Below are positions 13,431 through 27,149 of a DNA stretch of 64,000 nucleotides, in pieces (the stretch's first letter is position 1; each line of letters begins with the position of its first letter). The position numbers were made by a program, and so were the translations under genes. Below the pieces are notes generated by a model, which was not told the origin of the DNA, searched no databases, and saw only the letters and a list, made by a program, of their open reading frames with translations. The DNA comes from Mobula hypostoma (Eukaryota): contig NC_086108.1 in NCBI RefSeq assembly GCF_963921235.1, forward strand, positions 68,264,001 through 68,328,000. The letters are read 5' to 3'.

Positions 13431-14344
13431 TTACTGTGTAAGAAAAAAAACTATCTCTGATATCACCTTATATTTTCCTCCAATCACCTTAAATTATGTT
13501 CTCTTGTATTAACTATTTCCATCCTGAGAAAAAAGATGCTCGCTGCCCACTCTATCAATGACTCTTATCTTGTACACCTTCATCAAACCATCTCTCATCC
13601 TCCTTTGCTCCAAAAAGAAAAGCCCTGATTTTGAACCTCATTTTCAACAACTATCTCTCAGAAGTGGAGCTAATCTTTTGAACAACTGTTAAACACCAGT
13701 ACTCTAATTCACTCAGAACTTTGATGCCACACTAGTGAATTTTCTGGACAATTGAATGATAGTCTTGTTAATAGCACAACACATATTTAACTTCACTTTC
13801 TTCACTGTATTATAATAAATGTTTCTATTTAAACCCAGTTAAGTTTAAAAAGAGCCTAGGAACCAAAATCAGGGTCCTGGTGAATAGAACTTGGAAATCA
13901 TGATTTTAAATAATCACATAATTGGCAATTTACTGTAAAGGGAAACTATGTCATCTGGAGTGTCTTATGTAACTTCAGAAGCACAATTTACAATGATCTA
14001 GAACAATTTCCAAAAATCTGTCCAGTTATGCCTCATCACCCAAAATCAGAGGACCCTGCCACAGGACAGAAAGGACTCCAATGCGACCCTTCTAGTATAT
14101 GATTTTAATAAAGGTCGTTGTCCTTCCTCATGTTTCTCAATGGAGTATCATATCTTGTCCTGGGCACTTTATTTTTAAAAAGATGTGAATAACTTGAAGA
14201 GTATGAATGAGAAATTTACTAAAATAAAAACAGAAAATAATGGAAACACAGTTGCTCTTTTGAAGAATGATGTCTGACCTGTGGAATGATGTTATCTTTT
14301 TATTTGAAACTGCAGTTTATTTGATTTTCCACATGGTATTCCTA

Positions 14345-14850
14345 ATCATAGAGACAGAGAGAGGCAGTGCAGAAATAGGCCCTTTGGCCTTCTGAGTCAA
14401 TACTGACCATCAATCACCAATTAATACTAATCCTACAATAATGGTTTTTATTAAAGTCACAGTTATAGACCTATATAGCACAGAAAAAGACTCTTTAGCC
14501 CAACATCTATGTGGAAGTTTCCTGACTGAGCTAGTCCCATTGACATACATTTGATCCAAATCCCTCCAAATCTTTCCTGTTCATGTAACTGTCCTAATGC
14601 CTTTTAAATGCCATTGTTATCCACCTCTACCACTTTTTCTGTCAGCATCTTCTATTTACTCACCATCCTGTGTCAAAAAGTTGCCTCTCAAGTAATTTTT
14701 AAATTTTCCCCTCCCAACTTTAAACCTATATGCCCTCGAGTTTTGAACTTCCCTGGGGAAAGGACTTTACTTTATCTTTCCCCCTCATTAGTTTATAAAA
14801 CTCTACACTCCAGGGATAAAAGTCCTAGCCTTTCCAGCTTCTCCTAATAA
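14345..14850 (-). mobile_element. Decayed CR1 3' ends
   Basis: catagag...aggccctttggcc tails and agtcctagcct motif, complementary to CR1 3' ends elsewhere. Confidence 0.6.
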
Positions 14851-15865
14851 CCCAAGCTGTAAATTCATTAGGCTTGTCAGTTAAAAGGCTTTAGTGAAGT
14901 AAATAATGGTGTTGGTGCTGCTCCCTACTTTTTTCTTGTGTTGCTGCATAGTTAAGATTTTGTCAACCGTGCCTTCTAAAAGGATGGAATACACACTATA
15001 ATTCATGGACACTCTTTAGCGTGTCAGAGAAGGTAACTGAGAAGAACTTTGGTAACTACTTTTCCAGTGATGGACAACAGGTAGACCCTACTACAGTAAC
15101 CACAATCTAATTTGTGTCTTTAAGACAGCATCTCTGGAGGTCCCTGGTCATTCTTTTCATAATTATGGATGTTGACATTGTGGAATCATGGCTGAAAATC
15201 TTGACCACCAATTTTTTAAGTTTCAGTAGATACATTGCTGCACCTATGGCCTTATCTTTTTGTAAATGAGATAGAGTGTGACTGACTTTTTATTGTTTTT
15301 GATACAAAAGGTAGGTGAACATGTTGAAAAGGTATAAATACACTAGTTCAGATACCACTAACAATTTCTGTATTGCTAATTCAACTAACAGATGTGAACT
15401 AGTTGCAGAATGATAGAGCCACAGGGTCTGATAACGAGGATTAACAATCAAGACTGAAAAGAATAATCGTGAGAGGTTAGTTATTGAGGTTAGGGTGGTA
15501 TGATTGGGAAAGGGCTGTCAACAATATAGAAGGATGATTGAGTGAGATTAGGTGATAGCAAGCAAAATGAAAGTAACCAATAAAAGGGAAAGTGAGGAAA
15601 TGAAAAGGCGAGTGTAGATAGTGAACAGCAGCAAATTATAGATACAAGAGATTCAGCAGGTGCAGGAAATCCAGAATCCAAAATGTTGGAGGAACTCAGC
15701 AGGTCAGGCAGTAGCTATGGAAAAGAATAAGAAGTTGACATGTTCAGCTGAATCCTTTCATTGGGAACCATAGTTTTAGTTTAGAGCATGAAGGAACAAT
15801 GGATTTGTTCCTCCATATTCAGTCATTTCAGAGCAGAAATGAAACAAGAGCAATTACAATTAGAT

Positions 15866-16164
15866 TAGGAGAGATAAATACGAGAGGACATGGCTTTAGG
15901 GTGAAAGGGGAAAGGTTTAAGGGGAACATTAGGGGGAACTTCTTCACTCAGAGAGTGGTGGGAGTGTGGAACGAGCTGCCATCTGACGTGGTCAATGCAG
16001 GCTCACTCTTAAGTTTTAAGAATAAATTGGATAGGTATATGGATGGGAGAGATCTGGAGGGTTATGGACTAGATGCAGGTCAATGGGACTAGCGGAATAA
16101 TGTTTCGGCACAGACTAGAAGGGCCAAATGGCCTATTTTCTGTGCTGTAGTGTTCTATGGTTCT
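15866..16164 (+). mobile_element. Short CR1 3' end with 8-bp TSD
   Basis: TRGH...FFTQRVVGVWNELP motif and (GTTCTATG)n tail. AATTAGAT flanks at 15858-15865 and 16165-16172. Confidence 0.88.
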
Positions 16165-17314
16165 AATTAGATAGCCAGCCAAGTTTTCCATTTACTAACT
16201 GTGAGTGTGGAGCACATTAATGGCACAGCCAATTTGCAATTATTTCATTAAGCAAAGACTAGATCAAGTTATTGGCAGTCAGCTCAGTTGCTAAATACAT
16301 TTAACTTGGTAGGAAACAGGCAAAGGTAGACATATTAACATTCACATACTCCTCTAAAAATTATTTTGTAAGAATTGCAACAACCCAATAGTCACATTTT
16401 GTTTTGTTAAAATCTAGTTTTATCTTCCAGATGCCTTAGATGCTGCAACAACTCCACTCAGCTCTTCTGTGTAATCAGCTAGCTTTGTACAGTTTTGTCA
16501 CTTGAAGCCCCTCCTCAGCTTCAGATATTAGTTGGCCAGCTTAGATCAACAACTCCCCAGGACCCATGTCAGCCACAGAGTGCCATGACTTATGGCATTA
16601 ACAAAGACCACGTAACATGTCCAAACCACAGTGGCCCTAAAGCAGTATTAGGAAAGTATATCCATTCACTGCATCTGAAATTAATGTGAAAGCAAATATA
16701 TGGGGAAATTATTACCAACCTGGTACAAATATGATATGTGATATAAATATTTCAGCAGTCATTTAAGTTCATACTTGTGCAAATGATTAAAATCTGTTTT
16801 ATGCATTAACACATGTTGGATATGAATAGTATATAACACTTCTGAGACACTTGTAAGTCCATTTTGCAAAGCATCTTTTCTTTTTAAAAAAACACTACAT
16901 AGAAAATAACATTTAGGAATGTAATTATTTCTGGATGGGTATGAATTCAGTTTCAGCAAAATAAAAGCTCAGATACAAGTGCATCTAAAATATTCAATAC
17001 AGATTCTATTGAACTGAAATGTCTAAATGCTTCAAATTTGATCATAAAGTTTGAACAGATAATGAATCTAAATGGTGCCATTTAAAAATTAAGTTATTTT
17101 GTAGATAGCACTTACTTTGTAATTCATTGAATTAAAAACTGTTTGCATAATGCTTTTAATGTATAGTCCAAAAGTGTTGAGGTAGATTTTTATATAGTAT
17201 GGAATCATCTTTCAAAAACAAATATGATTCATCTCACAATCACTTTTATATTCCTAATAAGGTAATGAAGGCCAGTATTTTATTCAATTGTTGAATATAA
17301 ATGAAGTCCCTTGA

Positions 17315-17540
17315 CACAACACACACAAAATGCTGAAGGAACTCAGCAGGCAAGGCAGCATCTATGGAAAAGAGTAAACAATTGACGTTTCGGGCCAAGA
17401 CCCTTCATCAGGATGAAGGTCTCAGCCTGAAACAATGACTCTTTACTCTTTTCCATAGATGCTGTCTGGCCTACTGAACTCCTTCAACATTTTGAACGTG
17501 TGCTTGGAATTCCAGCATCTGCAGAGTTTCTTGTGTTTGA
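17315..17540. mobile_element. Fold-back pair of PLE terminal fragments fused at the hammerhead core
   Basis: Arms are mutual reverse complements around CCTTCATC-AG-GATGAAGG (17402-17419). Minus arm reads CTGATGA-AGGGTCTTGGCCC-GAAAC-GTC. Confidence 0.85.
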
Positions 17541-18159
17541 AAATCCTTTTAAGAATTCCCTGTCTTAAATATAAACAAACCCTCGAAGCACTACTGTAAA
17601 AGTACTTGTATGTTATTTGAATGCAAAATTATCATAGTCTTACTCATATGCTCAGCACATTTGCTGGTGTTTACATAGATAGTGATAATTGACTACAAGA
17701 TCAAATTGGTATATATTCTTTTGCAAAAAATCAATTCTATTATGGAATTATTAATGCTACTTTTAAAATATATTTATTTAACTTTAGTGCATAGGGTTAA
17801 TTCACATTAAATTACATAAACCATGTAAGATATCAAGAGCTTATTTCAAAAGACACTCCATAAAATCTTCTGAAGTTCAACAGGTTGTATTTAAGAAATT
17901 TTAAATTTTAATGTCAACATTTGAACACTGTGTGAATTCAAAGCAGAGTGGAAAGGAACTTTGCTGTACATCTCCATAGTATTTTAATAATACTTAGTGC
18001 TTACTTCATTGAGAGTTCTTTTAGAAAAAAAAAACTCACAGCAGAATAAAACGAGAATAAATGATAAAGACCATATCCATTCCCAAACAAAGTTAAAAAC
18101 TAAACCAAATCATGAAAGGAAACCTCAATAAGTTGAATATATTAATCAATCTTTGATAG

Positions 18160-19925
18160 GAATAAAGTGAAATTATAGGCAGGTGAGTCTGATATCAGTA
18201 GTGCGCAAGTTATTGGAACGTATTCTAAGGGACTAGATATACAAGTATTTGGATAGATAAGGACTCATTAAGGATAGTCAACATGGTTTTATTCATTGTA
18301 GGCCATGTCTAACCAATCTTAGTGTTTTTTCATTCCACGACGTTACCAGAGAAATTGATAGGAAGGCAGTGGATGTTGTCTCATTGACTTTAGCAAAGCC
18401 TTTGACAAAATTCTGCATGGTTGGTTGGTCAAGAAGGTTCAGCTGCTTGGCATTCAACACAAGTTAGTAAATTAAATTAGATATAGGCTTCATGGGAGAA
18501 GCCAGAAAGTGGTAGTAGATAGTTGCCTCTCTAACTGGAATCCTGTGACTAGTGGTATACCGCAGGGATGGTCGCTAGGTCATCTATATCAACGATCTGG
18601 GTAATAATGTGGTTCAAGATTCAAAGTAAATTTATTATCAAAGTACATACACATCTTCATATACAACACTCAGATTCATTTTTTATGGGCATACTCAACA
18701 AATCATTAGACTAATAGCAATAACAGAATGAATTAATGAAGACCACCTAACGAGAGCATTCAACTAGAATGCAAAAGACAACAAACTGTGCAAATACAAA
18801 AAGAAACAATAATAAAATGAATAAATAAATAATATCAAGAACACGAGTTGAAAAGTTCTGAAAATGAATCCATTGGTTGTGGGAATATTTTAATGATAGG
18901 GCAAATGAAGTTATCCTCTTTGGTTCAAGATGGTTGAGGGACAGTAAATGTTCCTAAACCTGGTGGTGTGAGTCCAGAGGTCCTTGTATCCTCTTTCTGA
19001 TGGTAGCGGCAAGAAGGGAGCATGTCCTGGGTGGTCAGTGTCCTTGATGATGAACTGGATCAGCAAATTTGTAGATGACACCAATTATGGGGGTGCAGTG
19101 GACAGCAAGAAAGACAATGAATACTTGCAGTGGGATCTGGACCAGCTGGAAAAATGGGCTGAAAAAGATAGCGGATGGAATTTAATGCAGACAAGTGTGA
19201 GGTGTTGCACTTTGGGAGGACAAACCTGGGTGGATCTTACACGTGAAGCACCGTAGGGCACTGAGGAGAGCAGTAGAAGAGAGGCATCTGGGAATACAGA
19301 TCCATAATTACTTGAAAATAGAGTCACAGATAGATAAGGCTATAAAGAAAGCTTTTGGCATATTGGCCTTCAGGAATCGAAGGTACTGAGTACCCGAATT
19401 GGGATGTTATATTGAAGTTGTAAAAGAGGTTGTTGAGGGTTACTTTAGAGTATTGTGTGCCGTTTTGGTCACTGCAATAGGGAAAGTTACAGTTATAGGG
19501 AAAAGTTTAATAGGTTAGGACTTTATTCCCTAGAGCATCGAAGAGTGAAGGTTGATTCGATAGAGGTATACAGAATTATGAGGGGTATTGATAGGGTAAA
19601 TGCAAGCCGGCTTTTTCCACAAAGTCTGGGAGATACTAGAACTAGAGTTCATAGATTAAGGTGAAAAGAGAAATGTTTACAGGGGACATGAAGGGGAATT
19701 TTTTCACTCCAAGGATGGCAAGAGTGGGGAATGAGCTGCCAGTGGAAGTGAGGTGTGTGGGTTTGATTTCAACATTTAAGAGAAATTTGTATAGGAACAT
19801 GGATGGGAGCAGTATGGAGGGCTATGATCCAGGTGCAGTCAATGAAACTAGGGAAATAAATAGTTCAATACAGACTAGATTGGCCAAAAAGCCTGTTTCT
19901 GTGTAGTGTTCTATGACTTTATAAC
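18160..19925 (+). mobile_element. CR1 ORF2 copy interrupted by an antisense Rex1-like fragment (~18615-19050)
   Basis: CR1 RT reads ...YINDL.NNVV| and resumes |NWISKFVDDT after a block matching 58795-59240. Confidence 0.85.
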
Positions 19926-20098
19926 TCTGTGCTGGAAGAACAGTTGAAGAGTCAAGAGTCGTAGAGTAATAGAGCATGCAAACCTTCAACCAATTCATCC
20001 ATGCCAACCATAGTGCCCACCTAAGCTAGTCACATCTGTCTGCATTTAGCACATATCCTTCTAAATCTCTCCTGTGCAAGTATTTATCCAAATATCTT

Positions 20099-20656
20099 GT
20101 CTGGGGTGTCAGGGAGGGGTAGCACCCCTGGTGGGGGAACATGTCACGTCCTTTTCAGGGTGGTTAGTCCACCTTTGGTCCCCACCTGGCACTCAGCTCT
20201 CACCTGTGGCTCCCCGTAGCTGTTTGCATGCGACAGCGGCCACACCCCGGGCAACGGCTTCGACAAGCCAGCTAAACCAGGTGAGGGTAGCTGACGGGTC
20301 TCAAACCCTCAGTGTGATAGGGGGTTGTCTATCCCAGCATGTGAAGACAGACTCCGGCGGATTGAGCGGACGAGACCTATGGAAGGTCCAACAGTCAAGA
20401 AGGCGGTCTCTGCTAGCATCGTGGAACGTGTAGAGCAGGACAAGACACAGAAGACGTCCTGGTCATCCACTGCACCTAGTCCCATCTCCAGCCATCTAGA
20501 CTCTGTCTTGCCACTGGATCTAGATGGGAATTGGGAAGAGAGAGTGAGGCTGATGCTGCGCAACTCTCCCTCACTTAAATCCAAATCACGCGCTAGTCTC
20601 GACACCATCATAATGGTGTCGAAGTCCTCATCGACGTCAATGATGGACGAACAACC
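20099..20656 (+). mobile_element. Short non-autonomous retroposon (RTE-like, inferred) nested in a minus-strand CR1 3' end
   Basis: GC-rich structured body, no Pol III boxes seen, (CAA/AAC)n-type tail, ATCTT on both sides. The host CR1 tail (19950-20870) continues across it. Related copy at 29427. Confidence 0.7.
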
Positions 20657-21219
20657 AATCTTTTAAAATAATGTTATTGTACCTGCCTCAACTAGTTTTG
20701 TTGGCAGTTCATTCCATATATGCATCACCCTCTGTATTGAAGAAGTTTCCCCTTAGGTCCCTTTTAAATCTTTCATCTCTCATCTTAAGCACATGCCTAC
20801 TAACCTTTAGTTACCCTTTCCTAGGAAAAAGATAATGCATGTTCACACTACTTATACTCCTCATGCTGAGGATCCTGGAGCACATAGTAACTTGCGGACT
20901 CCACTAAAATCAGCACTAAACACATTAAATTAGCGTGTGTATCTTGAGGAATATTGGCTCAAAAACTGAGGACCTAGTAAGTTTGATCCAGGACATAATG
21001 GCCTGGATTTGGGCAGTGATCAAGGAACCAGAATGGAGGGAAGAAGGAAACTTGACTTTCAATCTTGCAACAAGTCCAACATTTCTTTATGTCTAGAGAT
21101 GTAAACAAAGACTGTGGAAATGATGGACTATCTAACTATTGTACTAAAAAGAGAGCAAGAAGAAATAAGCTGCATTCAAGTTGTCTTTTTTTTTGGTGTC
21201 ATGGAATATTGGGCTTTCA

Positions 21220-21820
21220 GATATTCACAACTTGTATTTATGACATAGCAGTAAAGAGAGATTTTAGCCTGAGTTTGTTGATGATGCAAAGTCAAGTGAG
21301 TTTCAAGAAAGTATAGAGCCTGTAATAGGATGTAGACATGCGAGTGATCAAATAAGATGGTAGATGGGGTACAATATGGAAACATTTTAGCTTACAAACT
21401 AAATTAGGAAAAATAAATAAGAAATAACTTCCAAATCTTGAAAAGCAAAGAAATGTTGGTCTGTGGAAAGATCACGATTTGTGATTTATTGATGTATGAA
21501 GTGAAAATGCAGGTACAGCAAGCAATTGGGAATTCTTGTTATGATGGCTTTTACTGCAATGAGTTTAAAGCATACAACTAGAGAGGTCTTGCTGAGATTG
21601 TGATGACATGTCAATGGCTCAGTTTAATGTCAGAGAATGTGCACAGTTTACAACTTGAAATCCTTAACTCTTTACAGACATCCATGAAACTGAAAAAAGC
21701 CCCAAAGAATGAATGACAGAAAAAATATTAGAACCCCAAAGCCCCCCCATAAGCAGCAGCAAAGCATCAACCCTTCCCCTCAGTTGTCAATTGGAATACT
21801 GTATGCAGCTTTGGAAAGAA
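21220..21820 (+). mobile_element. Highly decayed CR1 RT fragment
   Basis: tttgttgatgatgcaaag (FADDTK-like) and ttggaatactgtatgcagctttgg (LEYCVQFW-like). Confidence 0.55.
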
Positions 21821-22971
21821 CTAAGAATAATTTAGGAATTAATTATGTTTTACTTACTTAGGTACATATGATAATTATGGAGAGTGACATGAGAACAGTA
21901 GTGAGAACTTGATGGCTTAGTTTATAGACTCATTGACATCAATAATTCTGTTAGACAATCAAACAATAAAGGGATCTTGTAACCAAAATTATGCTAATAA
22001 TGAGGCTATTTTAATTTTATAAACTGGATGAATTCAATAAGTAAAGGTCAAGTTGAAAGGATGGGTATGTGGAATGCACGTCAAATAATTTACTATTACA
22101 AAATATAGTGAATGCAGCCACTCAATAGCCATTTATAGGGCTGGTCATGGATAATAAGATTAGACTAATTAATAATATGGTAAAGGATTCTTTTGGGAAG
22201 AATGAACATAAATCATAACATTGCTCATTCAATTTGAAAATGACAAATGCAAGGCTAAGACCAGAGGCATAAATTTAAATAAAGACAATTACATTGGTAT
22301 GATGGGTAAGGTAACCAATGGGGATTGGGAAATTAAAGATATGCTATTAGGTAAGTAGTGGGGAATATTTTAAACTTAATTAAAAAGATATACATAATTA
22401 AGAGACAGTCAATGGGAAACAGACTCCATCCATGGCTAATAAAATGTTTAACAATAAGATTTTTTTTTAATCTAGTAACTAGAGAAATATAAATTTACAC
22501 AAAAAGTTTCCACATGTATGAGAAAAGGAATAGAAAAGCCAATGCGAATGCTTAAAGCTGAGAGTACAATCTAACAGTGAGGAACAATGACCCTATCCCC
22601 ATTATATGCATCTTCAGACAATGCGTTTTCACAGTTGTGCGTCGAACCTATTTCTACCAACTTCTCCTTAAATGTGTCCAAAACTCACAGTTATGCATGT
22701 GTGTGTGGTGGAGTCTGGGAGGCTGTTGGCCGACCAGTATTGTGTGGGATTGGACGCACCACTTTCCCACCAAAACAAGCCAAGCATGTACGCCTCACAG
22801 TCTCACATTGGTAGTGGCAGTGTGTAGATGTGCGAAATTGCGCTCTTAACCTTTTTGCTGTTATTACCTACGGTGCAGTGATTTTGTGCTTGAAATATTT
22901 AACCATAGCTCCTAAGCGTCCTATACATCTCCCTTCATTGTGCATAACAGTAAAAGTACACCAAGCACAAA

Positions 22972-23781
22972 TGTGACAAAATACCAAGTTATCAGAGATT
23001 GAGGCCGATAAGAAAGACAATGGGAGGAACATTCAGAAATGTTAATGGGAGACGAGAGAGATTTACGAAGGGAGACACAGTTCCGAGTATTGTCAGAGGG
23101 GTTGCTTTGAACCTGAACTGTTTGAAGTTTGATGGACAGGCGATACCCCAGCAGGGGGATAAAAGGAACAGGTTCGCTAAGGCAACAGACACGCCATGAG
23201 ATAACGAGACCCTGGAAGTGCGGTGCGCCCCCACAAGTTGGTGAGAGTTTTGGAGGTCTGGTCGTGGGACCAACCATAGACGCACAGGGTGGAAAGGTAC
23301 GATCGGTGGGAACCTGGTGTGTGTGTCCGCCCTTGCCCGAGTGCCGGGTTCACCGCAGAAGAACGATCGTATCTGGAACGGAGGGGTCACAGTCAGTGAC
23401 CTCAGAAGACATTACAAAGGGCTCGCCCAAAAGCTAACTGCGAGGAACATCAAGGTCTGTTTGAATCGAGAATTTGCATATTCATTCTCTCTCCCCAACA
23501 GCACAACAGTAATTACTGCGAACTGAACTAAACTGAACTCTGTGTCACTTGAGACTGATCATTTTACCCCTAGATTGCGATAGAGCTTGATTGATTCCTA
23601 TTATCCTAGTGTTGTATACACGTGTGTTTTATCATTGCTAACCCATTGCATTTATATCCTTACGTTTAGAGTACTGTGTTACTTGTTTCTTTAATAAAAC
23701 TTTCTTAGTTCCAGTAATCCAGACCTCATCTAAGTGGTCCATTTCTGCTGGTTTGGCAACCCTGTTACAGGGTACGTAACA
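22972..23781 (+). mobile_element. Solo LTR (810 bp), Gypsy- or ERV1-type
   Basis: TGTGAC...GTAACA termini, 4-bp TSD CAAA (22968-22971 and 23782-23785), TATA-like GGATAAAA at ~23157, AATAAA at ~23693. Confidence 0.9.
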
Positions 23782-24289
23782 CAAATTATTAAAATGAGGG
23801 CAAAAATGAAGCTATGAGACAGGAAGGGGCCTAAATCGATTATCACTAAAGATAAGGTGCTAGGTACAAGCACTAGAACAAAAGAGTAACAAATCCTAAG
23901 ACCAACTTGTCTATATCTATAGAGATGCTGAATCCATCAGTTATAGCACTCAGAACCTCTTAGTTCTAGAAAAGCATGAGGCGATTGGAAAATAGTATTC
24001 AAAATGTTAGGAGAAATCAGGTAACAAAAGGACCATTCACTTGATCTGTTAAAATGCTAGAGTCCATTTTTATGGAAAGGGAAGCAACCATCCACAAATC
24101 TCCAATACAGTTAGTCAATTAAAAACAAAAAATTGTGTTTGACAAATTAGAGCCCTTGAAAGGTTAACCAACAGAATGAATACAAAGAAAGCCATTGATG
24201 ACACGGATTTGAATTTGCAGAAGATATTTGTTCAGTTAAAGCGTCATATGTTTAGCCTAGTAGGGGATCAGCTATACTGGATTGGGTGT

Positions 24290-26575
24290 TATTTAATGAA
24301 ACAGAGGTAATTAGGGAGCACAAGGTAAAAGAACCAGTGATCACAATATATTTGAGGTCAACTTGAAATTTGATAGGGAGAAAGTAAAGTCTGATGTAGC
24401 GGTATTTCAGCGGAGTAAAGGAGTAAAGGAAATTCCAGTGGTATGAGAGGAGTTGGCCAGAGTAAATTGGAAGGAGATGCTAGCAGGGATGACAGCTGAG
24501 CAGCAATGGCGTGAGATTCTGGGGGGAAAAAAAATGAGGAAGATGCAGGACAAATGTATTCCAAAACTGAAGTAGTACTCAAATGGCAAAATAGTACAAC
24601 TGTGGCTGACAAGTCAAAGCTAACGTAAAAACAAAAGACAGGGCATACAACAAAGCAAAAATTAGTGGGAAGAGAGAGGATTGGGAAGTTTTTAAAAACC
24701 TACAGAGAGCAACTAGAAGAATAATTAAAAGGGAAAAGATAAAATATGAAAGCAAGCTAGCAAACAAAATCAAAGTCTTTTCAAGTAAAAGAAAATAAAA
24801 GAGATGAGAGTGGATATAGGACCGCTAGAAAATGAAGCTGGAGAAATAATAAAGGGAACAAGGGGATGGCAGGTTAACTAAATGAGTATTTTGCATCCGT
24901 ATTTACTGTGGAAGACACTAACAGTGTGCTGGATGTTGTAGTGTGTGAGTGTAGTTACTATTAAAAGGGAGAAGGTGCTCAAAAAGCTGAAAGACCAAAG
25001 CATACAGAAGTCACCCGGACCAGGTGAACTGCACCTCAGGGTTCTGAAAGAGGTAATGTTAGAGATTGTGGAGACATTAGCAATGATCTTTCGAAAAGAA
25101 TCATTGGACTCTGGCATGGTGCCAGAGGACTACAAAACTACAAATGTCACTCCACTCTTTAAGAAAGGAGGAAGGCAGCAGAAAGGAAATTATAGACCAG
25201 TTAGACTGACCTCAGTGGTTGGGAAGATGTTGGAATCAATTGTTAAGGATAAGGTTATGGAGTACTTGGTGACATAGGACAAGATAGAACAAAGTCAGCA
25301 TGAATTCCTTAAGGGAGAATCTTGCCTGACAAACCTGTTTGAATTCTTTGAGATTACTAGTAGGATAGATAAAGGGAATGCAGTGAAAGTTGTATATTTG
25401 GACTTTCAAAAGGCCTTTGACAAGGTGCCATGCGAGGCTGCTTACAAGGTTAAGAGCCCATGGTATTACAGGAGAGTTACTGACATGGTTAGAGCATTGG
25501 CTGATTGGTAGAAGGCAGTGAGTGGGAATAAAAGGATCCTTGTCTGGTTGTCAGCCAGTGACTAGTGGTGTTCCGCAGGGGTCGGTGTTGGGACCACTTC
25601 TTTTTATGCTGTATATCAATGATTTAGATGATGAAATAGATGGTTTTGTTACCAAGTTTGCAGATGATACAAAGATTGTTGGAGGGGCAGGTAGTGCTGA
25701 GGAAACAGGTAGGCTGCAGAAGGAATTAGACAGATTAGGAGAATGAACAAGAAAGTGACAAATTAAATACAATGTTAGAAAATGCATGGTCATGCTCTTT
25801 TGTAGTAGAAACAAATGTGCAGACTATTTTCTAACCAGAGAGAAATCCAAAATCTGAAACGCAAAGGAACTTGGGAGTCCTTGGCCAAAAAAAATGCCAA
25901 AGGTTAACTTGCAGGTTGAGTCAGTGGTGAGGAAGGCAAATACCATGTTAGCGTTCATTTCAAGAGGTCTAGAATACAAGAGCAGGGATGTGATGCTCAG
26001 GCTTTTTAAGGCACTGGTGAGGCCTCACCTTGAGTATTGTGGATGGTTTTGGGTTCCTCACCAAGGAAAAGATGTGCTGGCATTGGAGAGAGTTCAGAGG
26101 AGGTTCACGAGGATTGTTTCCAGGAATGAAAGGGTTATCATACGAGGAACATTTGATGGTTCTGGGTCTGTGCTCAGTGTACTTTAGAAGGATGAAGGGG
26201 GGGGGGTCGCATTGAAACCCTTCAAATGTTGAAAGACCTCCAACAGAGAGGATGTGAAAAGGTTGTTTTCCATGGTCTAGGGCAAGAGCGTAAAGCCTCA
26301 GGATAGAGGGACATCCAGTTAAAACAGAGATGTGGAGAAATTTCTTTAGCCAGGTAGTGAATTTGTGGAATTTGATACCCTAGGCAACTGTGGAGGCCAA
26401 GTTGTTGGGTGTATTTACAGTAGAGGTTGATAGGTTCTTGATTGGACGGAGTATCAAAGGTTGCAGGGAGAAGGCCGGTGAAAGGAGTTGAGGAGGGAAA
26501 AAGAGGATCAGCCATGATTGAATGGCAGGCAGACTTGATGGGCCAAATGGCCTAATTCTGCTCCTATGTCTTACA
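24290..26575 (+). mobile_element. CR1 LINE ORF2, 5'-truncated
   Basis: [57 protein letters not shown] motifs and CR1 tail. Confidence 0.93.
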
Positions 26576-26854
26576 TTTTAGGTTACTGTACAAGATAAGG
26601 GCTGAAGATATTGGTGGTAATATATTAGCATTAGTTAACTGATAGAAAATAAAGTAACTTGTGAAGAGCCTGCAAAACAACATAGGCATGCCACATGAAT
26701 AGGGGAAATGAAAGAAAAATGAATAGAAAAAAAAATCAGGTTATCCACTTTGGTTGGGAGAATAAGAGAATTAAAACATTACTTAAATGATTTAGACTAT
26801 TGAATACTGATGTTCAGAGAAGTCCTTAGTACTTATAATTTTAACAAAGACAAA

Positions 26855-27110
26855 GGGTCGTGCTCCAGTTAAGAGCTGGAACTCGACTGGAAACAAGGTG
26901 GGAGAGCAGAAACCGGATTGGTTCATCCTCATCCAATCAGAAGGGAAGGACTATGGGGGTATAAATACCACTTGACTAGGCATGCCCAGGCATCATCCCT
27001 GAAGATGGCAGAATTTGTCATCAAAATGCCAGTTGTAATTGAAAAACTGTTCCCAATGGAAGCCAGAGTAGAGTTTATTCATCATATCACAGTGAAAGCA
27101 CTAGAACTTT
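26855..27110 (+). mobile_element. Terminal repeat of a second PLE family with decayed hammerhead
   Basis: GGGTATAAATACC TATA-like box, then CCTGAAGATGGCAG...TGTCATC-AAAATGCC, a decayed CUGANGA-stem-GAAAC-GUC layout. Confidence 0.5.
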
Positions 27111-27149
27111 TTTCGATTATATGGAGCTTTGTAAGATCACTCCTATTTA

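Noticed and set aside
22921..23526. Overlapping ORFs in the LTR
   Set aside because: No gag/pol/env motifs; they are incidental frames in a solo LTR.
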